Source: Thermodesulfobacteriota bacterium
GTDB lineage: Bacteria > Desulfobacterota > Desulfobulbia > Desulfobulbales > SURF-16
Reading direction: 5' to 3'
NCBI GenBank assembly: GCA_039715015.1
Contig: JBDLIE010000010.1
Location: 9,514 to 73,513 of the forward strand
Length of the DNA stretch: 64,000 nt
Shown here: piece by piece, positions 42,877-52,743 of the stretch
Numbering within the stretch: the first letter of the stretch is position 1
Layout: every line of letters begins with the position of its first letter
The notes under the pieces: model-generated
Databases searched by the model: none
The model's input: only the letters and a program-made list of their open reading frames with translations
Told to the model about the DNA's origin: nothing
Position numbers and translations under genes: made by a program

Positions 42877-45042
42877 TTATGTGAGATGGCGAATTTCAAA
42901 GACGCGATGGGTCTTCTTGTTGCGGCTGAAGTCCTGGGGCAGGGTCTTTGCTGAAATATCACGGACGCTAAAATTCTTCTTCAGGCTTTCATCAATGCTG
43001 AAATTTCGTGAACTGGTGGCAAAGAGGAGGAGGCCATCACTCTCCAGCACCGACATGGACGCTTCAAGCAACGGGCCATGATCGCGCTGGATATCAAATG
43101 CCCCTCCCCCTCCCCTCTTTGTGTTGGAGAAGGTGGGCGGATCCATATAAATTAGGTCATACCTCTCCACCTTCAGCTTCTGCAGCCAGCCCAGGCAATC
43201 GGCGCGTACCAGGCCATGGCGGTCCGGATCAAAGCCGTTTAATGCCAGGTTTTTACGGGTCCAGTCAAGAAAGGTTCTGGAGGTGTCAACACTGGTGGTG
43301 GTGCGGGCCCCGCCCATGGCGGCATGGACAGTGGACGGGCCGGTATGGCAAAAGAGGTTCAAAAAGCGCCTGCCTGTTGCCAGCTTTTGGATCTGTAACC
43401 GCAGGGTACGATGGCCGAGAAAGAGACCGCCATCAGGATATTCGCTCAGGTTGACCAGAAAACGGCAACCGCCCTCCTCTACCTCCACCAGGCGGGCCTT
43501 GACCGCCTTCTTGTCATGCGCATGCGGTTTCTTGCCCTTCTGCTTGGTCCTGCTCTTAATGAAGATTCGATTACGCTTGCAGTCCAGCAGCTCTGAGATC
43601 GTGTCGATGACCTCCTTGCGGCGGGCTCTTACCTTGTCGGCAGCAATGGTGGCTGGGGCGGCATACTCCTGGATATGGACCCAGGGACCGTAGAGATCAA
43701 TGGCAACGTTATACTCAGGGATATCTCGATCGTAGATGCGCAGGCAATTGACCTTTTGCCGGGGCGCCCATTTGAGAAGGGGTTTGAGGTTCTTTTTCAA
43801 ACGGTTGGCCAGGGTGGAAGAGAGCGTGTCACTCCTGATCTGCCAGGTGGCCTGGCGTTCAGAATGGCTTGCGACCTCATAGAGGCGCAGGGTGCAGGGA
43901 ATGGGGCCGTTGTAAAAGCGGTATTGACCGGCCCTCTTCTGGGCCAGGGCATCCAGGAGATCGGGATTGCTGGAAAAAACAGCAAGCTGCCAATCTTGAA
44001 AGAAGTGGGCGGCAATCCGGCCCAGGCTGCGGTAGAGATACTTCACCTCATCCTTGCCTGAAAGACGCTCTCCGTAGGGAGGATTGGTGACCAGTAGATG
44101 GCGGCCCCTGTTGAGATTGGCAGGGGGCTGCAGGCGGGCAAGATCACGGCGTTCAATATGAATTTTATCCCGTAAGCCGGCCCTGTCGATATTGGCCAGG
44201 GCAGCTTTGACGGCCGCAGGGTCGGAATCAAAACCAAGGAGCCGCGGCCAAGGCTTTTCAGAACCTTCTTCCTCGCGGCCCAGGGCCTCATCAACCAGAT
44301 CCTGCCAGAGAGGTTTTTTATGGCCCCGCCAGTTCAGAAAGCCGAAATGGCTCCGGTCAAGACCGGGTGCTACATCGCCGATAATCAAGGCCGATTCAAT
44401 AAGGAGGGTGCCGGAGCCGCAGAGGGGGTCAAGAACAACGTCGTGACGGGCCATGGTGGAAGTAACACCGGCTCGAGCAACAATGGCGGCAGCCAGGGAT
44501 TCCTTTAACGGGGCCTGACCACCATCCTGACGATAACCGCGGCGGTGCAGACTGGCCCCGGCTAGATCCAGGCTGAGATGGGCCTCATCCTTGCGTAAGA
44601 AAAGGTTGAGGCGGATATCAGGCTGCTTGCTGTCCACAGAGGGTCTTTCGCCCACCATGTCCCGGAAATAATCAACCACCGCGTCCTTGACCCTGAGGGC
44701 GGCAAAATGACTGTGATTGATGGTGCTGTCGCTCAAGACGCAATCCACGGCCAGGGTGTTTTCGGGGTGCATATGTTTTTTCCACTCCACACTCTTTACC
44801 CCCTCGTAAAGGGCGTCAGGGTCAGGGGCTGGAAAGTGGCTGATGGCCAGAAGTATGCGTGAGGCAAATCGGGACCAGAGACAGGCCCTGTACGCCGCTG
44901 CAAGATCCCCTTTGAAGGCCACCGCGCCGGTGAGGATGACAACATCATGGCCGCCAAAACCGGTAACCTCGTGGGCCACCAACTCTTCCAGGCCTGCAGA
45001 ACAGGTCGCTGTTAATTGCAATAAATCAGCCACGTCAAACAC
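42877..45042 (-). CDS. rlmKL: Bifunctional 23S rRNA methyltransferase RlmKL
   Basis: THUMP domain, LHRRGYR, APLKE, DPLCGSGT, NPPYGER; second MTase domain with DPPTFSN. Confidence 0.92.
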   Translation of the reverse strand: MFDVADLLQLTATCSAGLEELVAHEVTGFGGHDVVILTGAVAFKGDLAAAYRACLWSRFASRILLAISHFPAPDPDALYEGVKSVEWKKHMHPENTLAVDCVLSDSTINHSHFAALRVKDAVVDYFRDMVGERPSVDSKQPDIRLNLFLRKDEAHLSLDLAGASLHRRGYRQDGGQAPLKESLAAAIVARAGVTSTMARHDVVLDPLCGSGTLLIESALIIGDVAPGLDRSHFGFLNWRGHKKPLWQDLVDEALGREEEGSEKPWPRLLGFDSDPAAVKAALANIDRAGLRDKIHIERRDLARLQPPANLNRGRHLLVTNPPYGERLSGKDEVKYLYRSLGRIAAHFFQDWQLAVFSSNPDLLDALAQKRAGQYRFYNGPIPCTLRLYEVASHSERQATWQIRSDTLSSTLANRLKKNLKPLLKWAPRQKVNCLRIYDRDIPEYNVAIDLYGPWVHIQEYAAPATIAADKVRARRKEVIDTISELLDCKRNRIFIKSRTKQKGKKPHAHDKKAVKARLVEVEEGGCRFLVNLSEYPDGGLFLGHRTLRLQIQKLATGRRFLNLFCHTGPSTVHAAMGGARTTTSVDTSRTFLDWTRKNLALNGFDPDRHGLVRADCLGWLQKLKVERYDLIYMDPPTFSNTKRGGGGAFDIQRDHGPLLEASMSVLESDGLLLFATSSRNFSIDESLKKNFSVRDISAKTLPQDFSRNKKTHRVFEIRHLT

Positions 45043-45060
45043 TCCATAGCGGGTTCTTGG

Positions 45061-45984
45061 TCAATCGATTTTGCCGGCCGGTTTTTTCAGCGCCAACACC
45101 TGTTTGACTAATAATTCATTTTCGGAGACAGGGATAGCCAATTTCTTGGCCTCGGAGAGCAGGGCGCCGTTTATGGCCATAATCTCTGTTTTTTTGCCGT
45201 TTCTGACGTCCTGAAGCATTGAAGAGACATTACCGGCCGTGGCTTGGCACACTTCCAGAGTTCGGCCCACAGGGGCGGTGCCGACATCAATGCCCTTGCG
45301 GTGGGCAACATGAACTCCCTCCTCGACAAGGGCAATGAGGCGTGAACGTGCCTCGGGAATTTTTAGGAGATCGCCATTTGGGCAGTCATAGAGAACGGTG
45401 AGGCCATTTATGCCGACATTGACCAAAAGCTTTTGCCAGAGGCGGTTCTTAATGTCGTCAACAATCTCAGTGGCGAGACCTGCAGCAGACAGGGCTGTGG
45501 CCGCTTTTTTCAGCAGTGCCCCGTGGCGGTCAGGGGGAGGCTGAAGAAAGCCGATAACTGTAGGGCCGTCTCCGCCATGGCGCACAGAGCCCGCTTTGAC
45601 CAGGGTTGCACCCTGAGAGGTCACCCCAAGGGCCAGACCGGAAGCAGCATCTGTGAAGAAATGGAGATGGCCTATGCCGTTTTGGAGGCCGAGAATAAGG
45701 CGTTCAGGGCCGCTAAGGCCTTGGACAACGGGCAGAAGGTCAGCAATTTGCTGGGACTTGACTGCCAGAATAACCAGTTCTGCCTGTTTCAGGCAGGCAG
45801 GATCGGCAGTTATGGATAAATCTACATCGCGTTCCTGGTCGGCAGTTATCAAGGTTAGGTGGTTGCCAAGAGCGTTGGCCCGCTGGGCATTATGGTCAAG
45901 AAGGGTGACGTTTTGGCCGGCAGCAGCGAGCCGGGCGCTAAAGAGTGAGCCCAGGGCTCCCGGGCCTATGACCACAATGTTCAT
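45061..45984 (-). CDS. panE: 2-dehydropantoate 2-reductase
   Basis: GPGALG, LQNGIG, WQKLLVN, SSMLQD, TEI.AING. Confidence 0.9.
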   Translation of the reverse strand: MNIVVIGPGALGSLFSARLAAAGQNVTLLDHNAQRANALGNHLTLITADQERDVDLSITADPACLKQAELVILAVKSQQIADLLPVVQGLSGPERLILGLQNGIGHLHFFTDAASGLALGVTSQGATLVKAGSVRHGGDGPTVIGFLQPPPDRHGALLKKAATALSAAGLATEIVDDIKNRLWQKLLVNVGINGLTVLYDCPNGDLLKIPEARSRLIALVEEGVHVAHRKGIDVGTAPVGRTLEVCQATAGNVSSMLQDVRNGKKTEIMAINGALLSEAKKLAIPVSENELLVKQVLALKKPAGKID

Positions 45985-46009
45985 AATACCACCCCGTTAA
46001 ACCAAAAGA

Positions 46010-46044
46010 GGAGGGGCAGGGCTTTCAAAAAGCCCTGCCCCTCC
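46010..46044 (-). terminator. Intrinsic terminator hairpin
   Basis: GGAGGGGCAGGGC-TTTCAAAAA-GCCCTGCCCCTCC. Confidence 0.7.
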
Positions 46045-46077
46045 GAGACAACCATTACCTGTGCCGAAACAGGGGTA

Positions 46078-46953
46078 CTATTTAGAAATAACGGCTTTTT
46101 CTACCATGGCCTCATAAAAATAGCCCATGCCGAAATCTTTTTTGGCAGCAACAGTGCCCTCAACCATGACGACGCTGCCCTCGTCAGCCATCTCATCGGT
46201 GGTGACAACCAGATCATGGCTGCTTTGCATGGGATTACCGGTGCCGTCCTGGATATGGAGCCAGTTAACCCCCATGATCTGGGGAGATACCTTGACCACC
46301 TTGCCGCGTACCTTGATCTTTTTGCCGTTTAAGGCATCAGCCTCGGTAAAAACTTGTTCAACAGTTTTACCACTATCACCTTCAGCCTTGGTAACCTTGA
46401 TTTCCTGGGCGGAAACAACGGCCTTTGTGCTGCCGCCGTTGGCTGCTCCTTCATCCATTGCCGGGGCTTGCGCCGGGGTGCCGGAATTGAGGGCTGCCAT
46501 GAAGTTTTCTTCAGCAGAGCCGTCGGTTTTGGTAGCCGGCGCCGCTGTCATACTGCCATGGGGGTTGGCCTGAGCAGCGCCTTTCATCCCTGATGAAAAG
46601 ATAATTTCCGGGAAGGTACGGTTAAGAGAGGGGCTGTGAAAATCTTTCATCACCGGGCCATTGGCCAGGCTGATCTCTTGACCATTTTCAACCTGGGTTT
46701 GGCCAATGGCTGCCCAGACTTTATTTTGACCATTATCAACCTGCAGGTAGGTGTAGCCGCCGCTGTTAAAGGTCTCGACAACGGTGCCTGTCAAGGCATT
46801 GTCGTTGACAGGGGCGCCAACCTGCATGGTCTGAGGGGCGCTGGTTTCGGCGTTTTCCGCCTTTTCCGGGGTGCTGTCTCCCGAACAACCGGTCAAGGAC
46901 AGGCTAAGGGCCAGAGCAGGTACCAGGTACATTTTTTTCGCTTCAATCATCAT
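46078..46953 (-). CDS. Lipoprotein with two OB-fold-like domains (NrfJ-related hypothetical)
   Basis: Lipobox LTGC; G.VVET..GGYTY...W.A; VRGKVVK..IMG.NW.H..DG; KDFG.GY. Confidence 0.7.
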   Translation of the reverse strand: MMIEAKKMYLVPALALSLSLTGCSGDSTPEKAENAETSAPQTMQVGAPVNDNALTGTVVETFNSGGYTYLQVDNGQNKVWAAIGQTQVENGQEISLANGPVMKDFHSPSLNRTFPEIIFSSGMKGAAQANPHGSMTAAPATKTDGSAEENFMAALNSGTPAQAPAMDEGAANGGSTKAVVSAQEIKVTKAEGDSGKTVEQVFTEADALNGKKIKVRGKVVKVSPQIMGVNWLHIQDGTGNPMQSSHDLVVTTDEMADEGSVVMVEGTVAAKKDFGMGYFYEAMVEKAVISK

Positions 46954-47073
46954 TCACCTCTGTTGTGTGTGAAAAAATTAAACGTTCCAGTGTGTTAGAA
47001 GTGTTCAAGAATAGGAATATAGTTCCATATTTTTTTGAAGACTACCAGAGAGTGGAAAAAATTTCCTGGAAAA

Positions 47074-49302
47074 TCAGGAACCATAGGAAAAGCTGAAAGC
47101 ATCTTTGCTGCGCCCAACCTTGACATTGCCGCCTTTCTGCAACTTGCCGAAAAGAATTTCTTCAGACAGGGCATCGCCTATCTCAGTCATCACCAGACGG
47201 CGAAGGGGACGGGCCCCGAAATCAGGGTCCAAACCGTTCTTGGCCAACCATTTGCGGGCTTCTTTGGTAAGGGAAATGGACACCTTGCGCTCAGCAAGCT
47301 GGGCGGAAAGCTCAAGGATGAGCTTGTCGACGATTTTTTCTACAGTTTCGAGATTAAGCTGGTTAAAGGAGATAATACCATCGAGGCGGTTGCGGAACTC
47401 AGGTGAGAAGAGGTCCTTAATGGCCTTTTGGTCTTTACCTTTCTGCTGGCTGACAAAGCCTATGGCCTGGCCGCTCATCTCCCGGGCTCCGGCATTGGTG
47501 GTCATGATAATAACCACATTGCGAAAATCCGCCTTGCGGCCGGAGTTGTCGGTGAGGGTGGAGTGGTCCATGACCTGGAGGAGGATGGAGAAGATATCCG
47601 GGTGGGCCTTTTCAATCTCGTCAAGAAGCAGAACACTGTAAGGATGTTTGCGGATGGCATCGGTGAGCAGGCCGCCCTGATCAAACCCTACATAGCCGGG
47701 AGGCGCACCGATAAGGCGGGCCACGGCATGCTTTTCCATATACTCAGACATGTCAAAACGTTCAAAATGAACACCCAGGGTATGGGCGAGCTGGCGAGCC
47801 ACCTCTGTTTTACCAACCCCGGTGGGACCGGCAAAGAGAAAGGAACCAGTGGGCCGCAAGGGGTCGCTCAGTCCAGCCCGGCTTCGTTTTACCGAAGTGA
47901 CTAAGGCGTCAATGGCGTGGTCCTGGCCAAAGATGAGAAGCTTCAGGGTGCCGTCCAGGCCCTTGAGCTGCTCGGCGTCAGAGCCGGAGATATTTTTGGC
48001 GGGGATGCGGGCGATTTTGGCAATGGCGGCCTCAATGTCACGCACCGTAATGGTTTTTTTCTTACCCTTGCCCCGGGTGAGCCTGAAGGCGGCACCCACC
48101 TCGTCAAGGACGTCGATGGCCTTGTCGGGCAGAAAGCGATCGTTTAGATAGCGGTCGGCAAGCTCGGCAGTCACCTTGATGGCTGCATTAGAGTAACTCA
48201 GATCGTGGTGTTCCTCGTAACGGGACTTAAGGCCCTTAAGAATGGCAAAGGTCTCATCCACAGAGGGCTCTTCCACGTCGATTTTCTGAAAGCGCCGGGC
48301 CAGGGCCCGGTCTTTTTCAATATAACCCTTGTACTCCTCATAGGTGGTGGAACCAATACAGCGTAACTTGCCGTTTTGCAGGGCAGGCTTGAGGAGGTTG
48401 GAGGCGTCCATACTACCGCCGCTGGTAGCGCCAGCGCCGACAATGGTGTGGATTTCGTCAATGATGAGGATGGTTTCAGGGTCTTGCTCCACCTCGCCAA
48501 TCACTGCTTTGAGGCGTTCTTCAAAATCACCGCGATACTTGGTGCCGGCAAGCAATGCCCCCATGTCAAGGAGACGGAGCTTGGAATTGGCCAATAAATT
48601 TGGCACCTCGCCGTTGTGGATCTTAAGGGCAAGGCCTTCGGCCAGGGCGGTTTTGCCCACGCCAGGTTCGCCCACCAGAAGGGGGTTGTTTTTTTTGCGC
48701 CGACAGAGAACCTGCATAATCCGTTCAAGCTCAGGTTTGCGGCCGATCAGCGGATCTATGGAGCCTTCTGCGGCGCGCTGGCTGTAGTTGATGGTGTATG
48801 CTTCCAGGGCATTGCCGCCCTTCTGGACATCCTCGGGGCAGCAGCTCTTATTTACTATTTTAAAGGGGTCCTCCTGGTCAAGGCGATGGGAGATATAGTC
48901 AACAACATCAAGACGGCCCAGGCCTTCAGATTCAAGATAGTAGACGGCAAAAGAGTCGGGCTCGTTAAAGATGGCGGCCAGTACATCGCCGGAATCAACC
49001 TCTTTCTTGCCGCTGCTCTGAACATGGGCAATGGCCCGTTGCAGGACCCGGTTAAAACCAATGGTCTGGATGGGGTCGGTGGGAGATTCCTGGTCAAGAA
49101 CCGGCATATTGCTGGCAAAGAAGGATTCCAGGTTCAGCTTAAGGCTGTCCACATTGCCGCCGCAGCCAATAATAATTCTACGAGTCAAGTCGTCATGGAG
49201 CAGGCCGTAGAGGATGTGCTCCACCGTGACATGTTCGTGACGCCTGGTTTTGGCCTCACGAATGGCCATAACCAGAGCTATTTCAACTTTTTGACTTATC
49301 AT
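47074..49302 (-). CDS. clpA: ATP-dependent Clp protease ATPase ClpA
   Basis: Two AAA+ modules (GEPGVGKT, GPTGVGKT), IGF loop; adjacent to clpS. Confidence 0.95.
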   Translation of the reverse strand: MISQKVEIALVMAIREAKTRRHEHVTVEHILYGLLHDDLTRRIIIGCGGNVDSLKLNLESFFASNMPVLDQESPTDPIQTIGFNRVLQRAIAHVQSSGKKEVDSGDVLAAIFNEPDSFAVYYLESEGLGRLDVVDYISHRLDQEDPFKIVNKSCCPEDVQKGGNALEAYTINYSQRAAEGSIDPLIGRKPELERIMQVLCRRKKNNPLLVGEPGVGKTALAEGLALKIHNGEVPNLLANSKLRLLDMGALLAGTKYRGDFEERLKAVIGEVEQDPETILIIDEIHTIVGAGATSGGSMDASNLLKPALQNGKLRCIGSTTYEEYKGYIEKDRALARRFQKIDVEEPSVDETFAILKGLKSRYEEHHDLSYSNAAIKVTAELADRYLNDRFLPDKAIDVLDEVGAAFRLTRGKGKKKTITVRDIEAAIAKIARIPAKNISGSDAEQLKGLDGTLKLLIFGQDHAIDALVTSVKRSRAGLSDPLRPTGSFLFAGPTGVGKTEVARQLAHTLGVHFERFDMSEYMEKHAVARLIGAPPGYVGFDQGGLLTDAIRKHPYSVLLLDEIEKAHPDIFSILLQVMDHSTLTDNSGRKADFRNVVIIMTTNAGAREMSGQAIGFVSQQKGKDQKAIKDLFSPEFRNRLDGIISFNQLNLETVEKIVDKLILELSAQLAERKVSISLTKEARKWLAKNGLDPDFGARPLRRLVMTEIGDALSEEILFGKLQKGGNVKVGRSKDAFSFSYGS

Positions 49303-49313
49303 CTTGCCAGGCC

Positions 49314-49628
49314 CTACATCTGCTCAAGAGAACATTTCAACGGATATTCATGTTGGCGGGCCAGATCATGAACCAGGGTTATCTTCGTTTCGGCAATATC
49401 CCTGCTGTAGACACCGGCAACGCCAACCCCCTGCTGATGGACATTCAACATAATTCTGGAGGCGTCTTCAGCTCTTTTCTGAAAGACGGATTCCAGAACC
49501 ATGATAACAAAATCCATGGTGGTGTAGTCATCGTTATGGAGCAAAACCTTGAACATGGGAGGCTCTTTAACCTCATGCCGATGTTCTGTGGCCACCCCAC
49601 CTTTTACGTCATAGTCAGCTATTGCCAT
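49314..49628 (-). CDS. clpS: Clp adaptor ClpS
   Basis: LLHNDDYTTMDFV, ML.VH..G. Confidence 0.95.
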   Translation of the reverse strand: MAIADYDVKGGVATEHRHEVKEPPMFKVLLHNDDYTTMDFVIMVLESVFQKRAEDASRIMLNVHQQGVGVAGVYSRDIAETKITLVHDLARQHEYPLKCSLEQM

Positions 49629-49690
49629 TGTCGCAAACTACTCCTTAATAGTCAACGCACCACGCGGTCTTTCTGGGGTAAACACTCCTT

Positions 49691-51031
49691 CTAGACAAGC
49701 ATGGAAAAGAAAAAGTTCTCTAAAATCAAAGACTCTCGTATTCCAGATCCTTTTAATTTAAATTCTGCTAAAAGCAAGGCCGTAAGGCCGTTAATAAGCT
49801 CCTGCCGTGAAAAGCCTTCAGCCTGCTGAAAGCCCTTGTAGACGACAAAGGGATGCCCTTTTAAAAATTCGTTGTCACCCAGCGCCTCTTTGATGGCAGT
49901 GAGATAGCCCTTTTGAAAGACATTGTATGCCTGACCCGGACAATAGGATGGCTCGCTCTTATCCTGCAGGGCGCGAAGAAACAAAAGGCGGCGGATCAGG
50001 TTGCGCAGGGCGGAAATAAGCACCAGAGGGTGGAGCCCGGCCCGCAGCAGGCGGCCCTGGAGGTAGAGGGAGCGATTCAGGTCACGGGAGGCAAAGGCGT
50101 CGTTAAGTTCAAAGAGGGCCTCCTCCCTGGTTTGACCGGTGACGGCATTGACGTCATCACTTGTCACTACCGGCGCCTCGTCACAGTAAAGGCAGAGTTT
50201 TTCGGCCTCGCGCACCGCAGCCACCGGATGGAAACCCACCCGGTCAAGAACCATCTCCAAAACCCTGGGGCCCGGTTTTTTGCCCATCTGGTCAAAGGTC
50301 TGGTTGACCAGGTCGCGGATCACCGCATCCTGATCCTTGCGGGCCGCCGTGGCTGCTCCAGTATCCACAGACAGGTCGACAATAACGCCGATCTCATCAA
50401 TGGTTTTAAAAAGTTTTTTGCGTTTATCAACGGTTTCCGCCACCAGGACCAGATGATTTTTTTCAGGAACGCCCTTTTCCAAGGTGTTCTGAACCAGGGC
50501 AGCATTATCAGGGGCTGCAGGGCCGTCATCTCCGGGGAGCAGGGAAATTCCCTTGGTCCAGGCCACATCCTGAGGCTTGGCAAAACCAAAGAGTTTCTTC
50601 CACTGGCCGGCACTGAGTTCGTCAACCTTGTCTTCAGCATCCAGGCCGCCAAGGCCAGCCAGCTGGGCCAAATAGCGGCCCGCCTTTTCCTGGTCGTCCT
50701 TGTTGTGGGCTTTCAGGGCCTTATCCCAGATCGATTTGCCCACTGCCTTGGAATGAAAGAGGCGGGAATCAAGGACCCGGATGACCTGGCGACCTCCAAA
50801 AAGGCTGAAGGTGCGCAGCTCATTGATGGTCTGGCTCACCACCTCTTGGTCGCCGTCCACGGCCCGCATGTTTTGTTGACGGCTGGCCTGGTCAGGGAGA
50901 AGGCGGCCAATGATTTCCTGGGCGGCCTGGGCGCAGAGGTAGCGCTCGCCAAAGAGTAGATAAACCGGGCGCAGGCTGCCTTTGTCTAGCTCGGCAAGCA
51001 GGCTGGGGAGGTCGTGACGGGTGTACTTCAT
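49691..51031 (-). CDS. holA: DNA polymerase III delta subunit
   Basis: PVYLLFGERYL, DKRKKLFK, EAEKL, LFEL.DA, KLKGS. Confidence 0.8.
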   Translation of the reverse strand: MKYTRHDLPSLLAELDKGSLRPVYLLFGERYLCAQAAQEIIGRLLPDQASRQQNMRAVDGDQEVVSQTINELRTFSLFGGRQVIRVLDSRLFHSKAVGKSIWDKALKAHNKDDQEKAGRYLAQLAGLGGLDAEDKVDELSAGQWKKLFGFAKPQDVAWTKGISLLPGDDGPAAPDNAALVQNTLEKGVPEKNHLVLVAETVDKRKKLFKTIDEIGVIVDLSVDTGAATAARKDQDAVIRDLVNQTFDQMGKKPGPRVLEMVLDRVGFHPVAAVREAEKLCLYCDEAPVVTSDDVNAVTGQTREEALFELNDAFASRDLNRSLYLQGRLLRAGLHPLVLISALRNLIRRLLFLRALQDKSEPSYCPGQAYNVFQKGYLTAIKEALGDNEFLKGHPFVVYKGFQQAEGFSRQELINGLTALLLAEFKLKGSGIRESLILENFFFSMLV

Positions 51032-51141
51032 TTTCTTTAATGAAAATTAAGGGCAGAAATCATGGAAAAAAGTGATAAGGAAACTTATAAATAAATTTCG
51101 TTGTCCCGTAAACAGGCAAAAAATACCAGGAGTGGTAATTT

Positions 51142-52011
51142 ATGTTTTTAGGTGCCCATATGTCGGTGTCAGGCGGTTTGCACCTGGCCATTGAGCGGAT
51201 CAGGAAGGTGCAGGGGACTGCCCTGCAGATTTTTTCAAGAAACCAGCGGCAATGGCAGGCCAAACCAATCAGTGACGAGGAGGCCCGGCTCTTTAGCGGG
51301 GCCTGGCAGGCCTGGGGCCCTTATCCCATTGCTGTTCATGCCTCCTATCTGATTAATCTGGCCACAGCCAAAGAGGAGGGGAGCCAGAAAGGTATTAAGG
51401 CCTTAGCGGCTGAATTGGCTAGAACGCAATCCTTGGCAATCCCCCATATTGTCATCCATCCCGGCTCCCATGGCGGCATGGCGGTTGAGCAGGGTGTTGA
51501 GCGGGTGGCAATGAGCCTGGATCAGGCCTTTGCTCTGGCCCCCGTGGCAGACGAGGCGAAAAAGCCCATGATTCTTCTGGAGACCACTGCCGGCCAAGGA
51601 ACGGCGCTGGGTGCCTGTTTTGAAGAGCTGGCAGCTATTAGAGCCGCCAGCAGCAATCCTGAACGGCTGGGGGTCTGCCTGGACACCTGCCATGTCTTTG
51701 CTGCAGGTTATGACATCAGTACCCCACAGGGTTTTACCAAAACCATGGACGATTTTGAGCGGATCATCGGCCTGGAACATCTTCACTTTATCCATGTCAA
51801 TGACTCCAAGAAACCTTTGGCCTCAAGGGTGGATAGGCACGATCATATCGGTGCGGGTGAGATTGGCCTGGAGGCTTTTCGCCTGTTGATGACGGATAAA
51901 CGCCTCCGACAAATACCTAAAACCCTGGAAACACCCAAGGCTGAGGATTTGGCTGAAGATCGGCTCAATCTAAAGCTGCTTCGGGAGCTTGCCGCTGAGA
52001 AAAACGAGTAA
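51142..52011 (+). CDS. nfo: Endonuclease IV
   Basis: GAHMS, HASYLINL, HPG, ETTAGQG, DTCH, NDSK, DRH. Confidence 0.95.
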   Translation: MFLGAHMSVSGGLHLAIERIRKVQGTALQIFSRNQRQWQAKPISDEEARLFSGAWQAWGPYPIAVHASYLINLATAKEEGSQKGIKALAAELARTQSLAIPHIVIHPGSHGGMAVEQGVERVAMSLDQAFALAPVADEAKKPMILLETTAGQGTALGACFEELAAIRAASSNPERLGVCLDTCHVFAAGYDISTPQGFTKTMDDFERIIGLEHLHFIHVNDSKKPLASRVDRHDHIGAGEIGLEAFRLLMTDKRLRQIPKTLETPKAEDLAEDRLNLKLLRELAAEKNE

Positions 52012-52035
52012 TCGCCTGCCTAAAGAGTAAAAAAA

Positions 52036-52743
52036 ATGTCGAAATCAATTCCCCATAAAGAACGACAACCCGCCTGCCTGCTTATCCTGGGTATCGACGC
52101 TTCAGGTAAGAACCATGTGGCCAACGTCATAAGCGACCATCTGGCTGCTGGCGGCCGGATGGTGGAAAAGCGGCAGGGTAGCTTCAGTGCCCCGGCCTCG
52201 GCAGCCACCAGCAGTGAAGATAAGGGTTTTTTAAATCTGGCCAAAGAGGCTCTTTTCCTGAAAGCCTACCCGCTCCTTAAGCCCCTTATTTTTCCGGTTA
52301 TCAACCTTTTACTTAACAGGGACCTGCAGGCCTTTAGGCAGAGCCGCGGCGCCCTGCTGGTGATCAGTAATACCGCCCTGCGGGTCCTGGCCTTTCACCT
52401 TGGCCATGTCTTTTCTCGGCCTGAAGAGATCAGGCTGCCGGCCTATCTTGCCACCACCCTTGGGGCCATCCAACCACGGACCCAGGTCGCCAGCCTTGTC
52501 CTGGATGTTGACCACCATGTCAGGGAGGCCCGGGTGGGCCATCGTCTCGCCAATAATAAAGCGGATCATTTTGATCAATATCTGGCCGGAGATGGCCTGC
52601 TCTCAGAGCGGATTGAGGAGTTTCTTGTCTGGCTTGCCACCACCTATCTTGGCGCCCGGGTGCTTATCAATAATAATTTGAGGGATGAGGAAATTATCGC
52701 CTTTATGCAGGAGGTAGTTGCCCCTGGGGAAGCGCTGCCATGA
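52036..52743 (+). CDS. Hypothetical P-loop protein (thymidylate-kinase-like N-terminus)
   Basis: LILGIDASGKN; lies between nfo and dinB and overlaps the dinB start. Confidence 0.6.
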   Translation: MSKSIPHKERQPACLLILGIDASGKNHVANVISDHLAAGGRMVEKRQGSFSAPASAATSSEDKGFLNLAKEALFLKAYPLLKPLIFPVINLLLNRDLQAFRQSRGALLVISNTALRVLAFHLGHVFSRPEEIRLPAYLATTLGAIQPRTQVASLVLDVDHHVREARVGHRLANNKADHFDQYLAGDGLLSERIEEFLVWLATTYLGARVLINNNLRDEEIIAFMQEVVAPGEALP

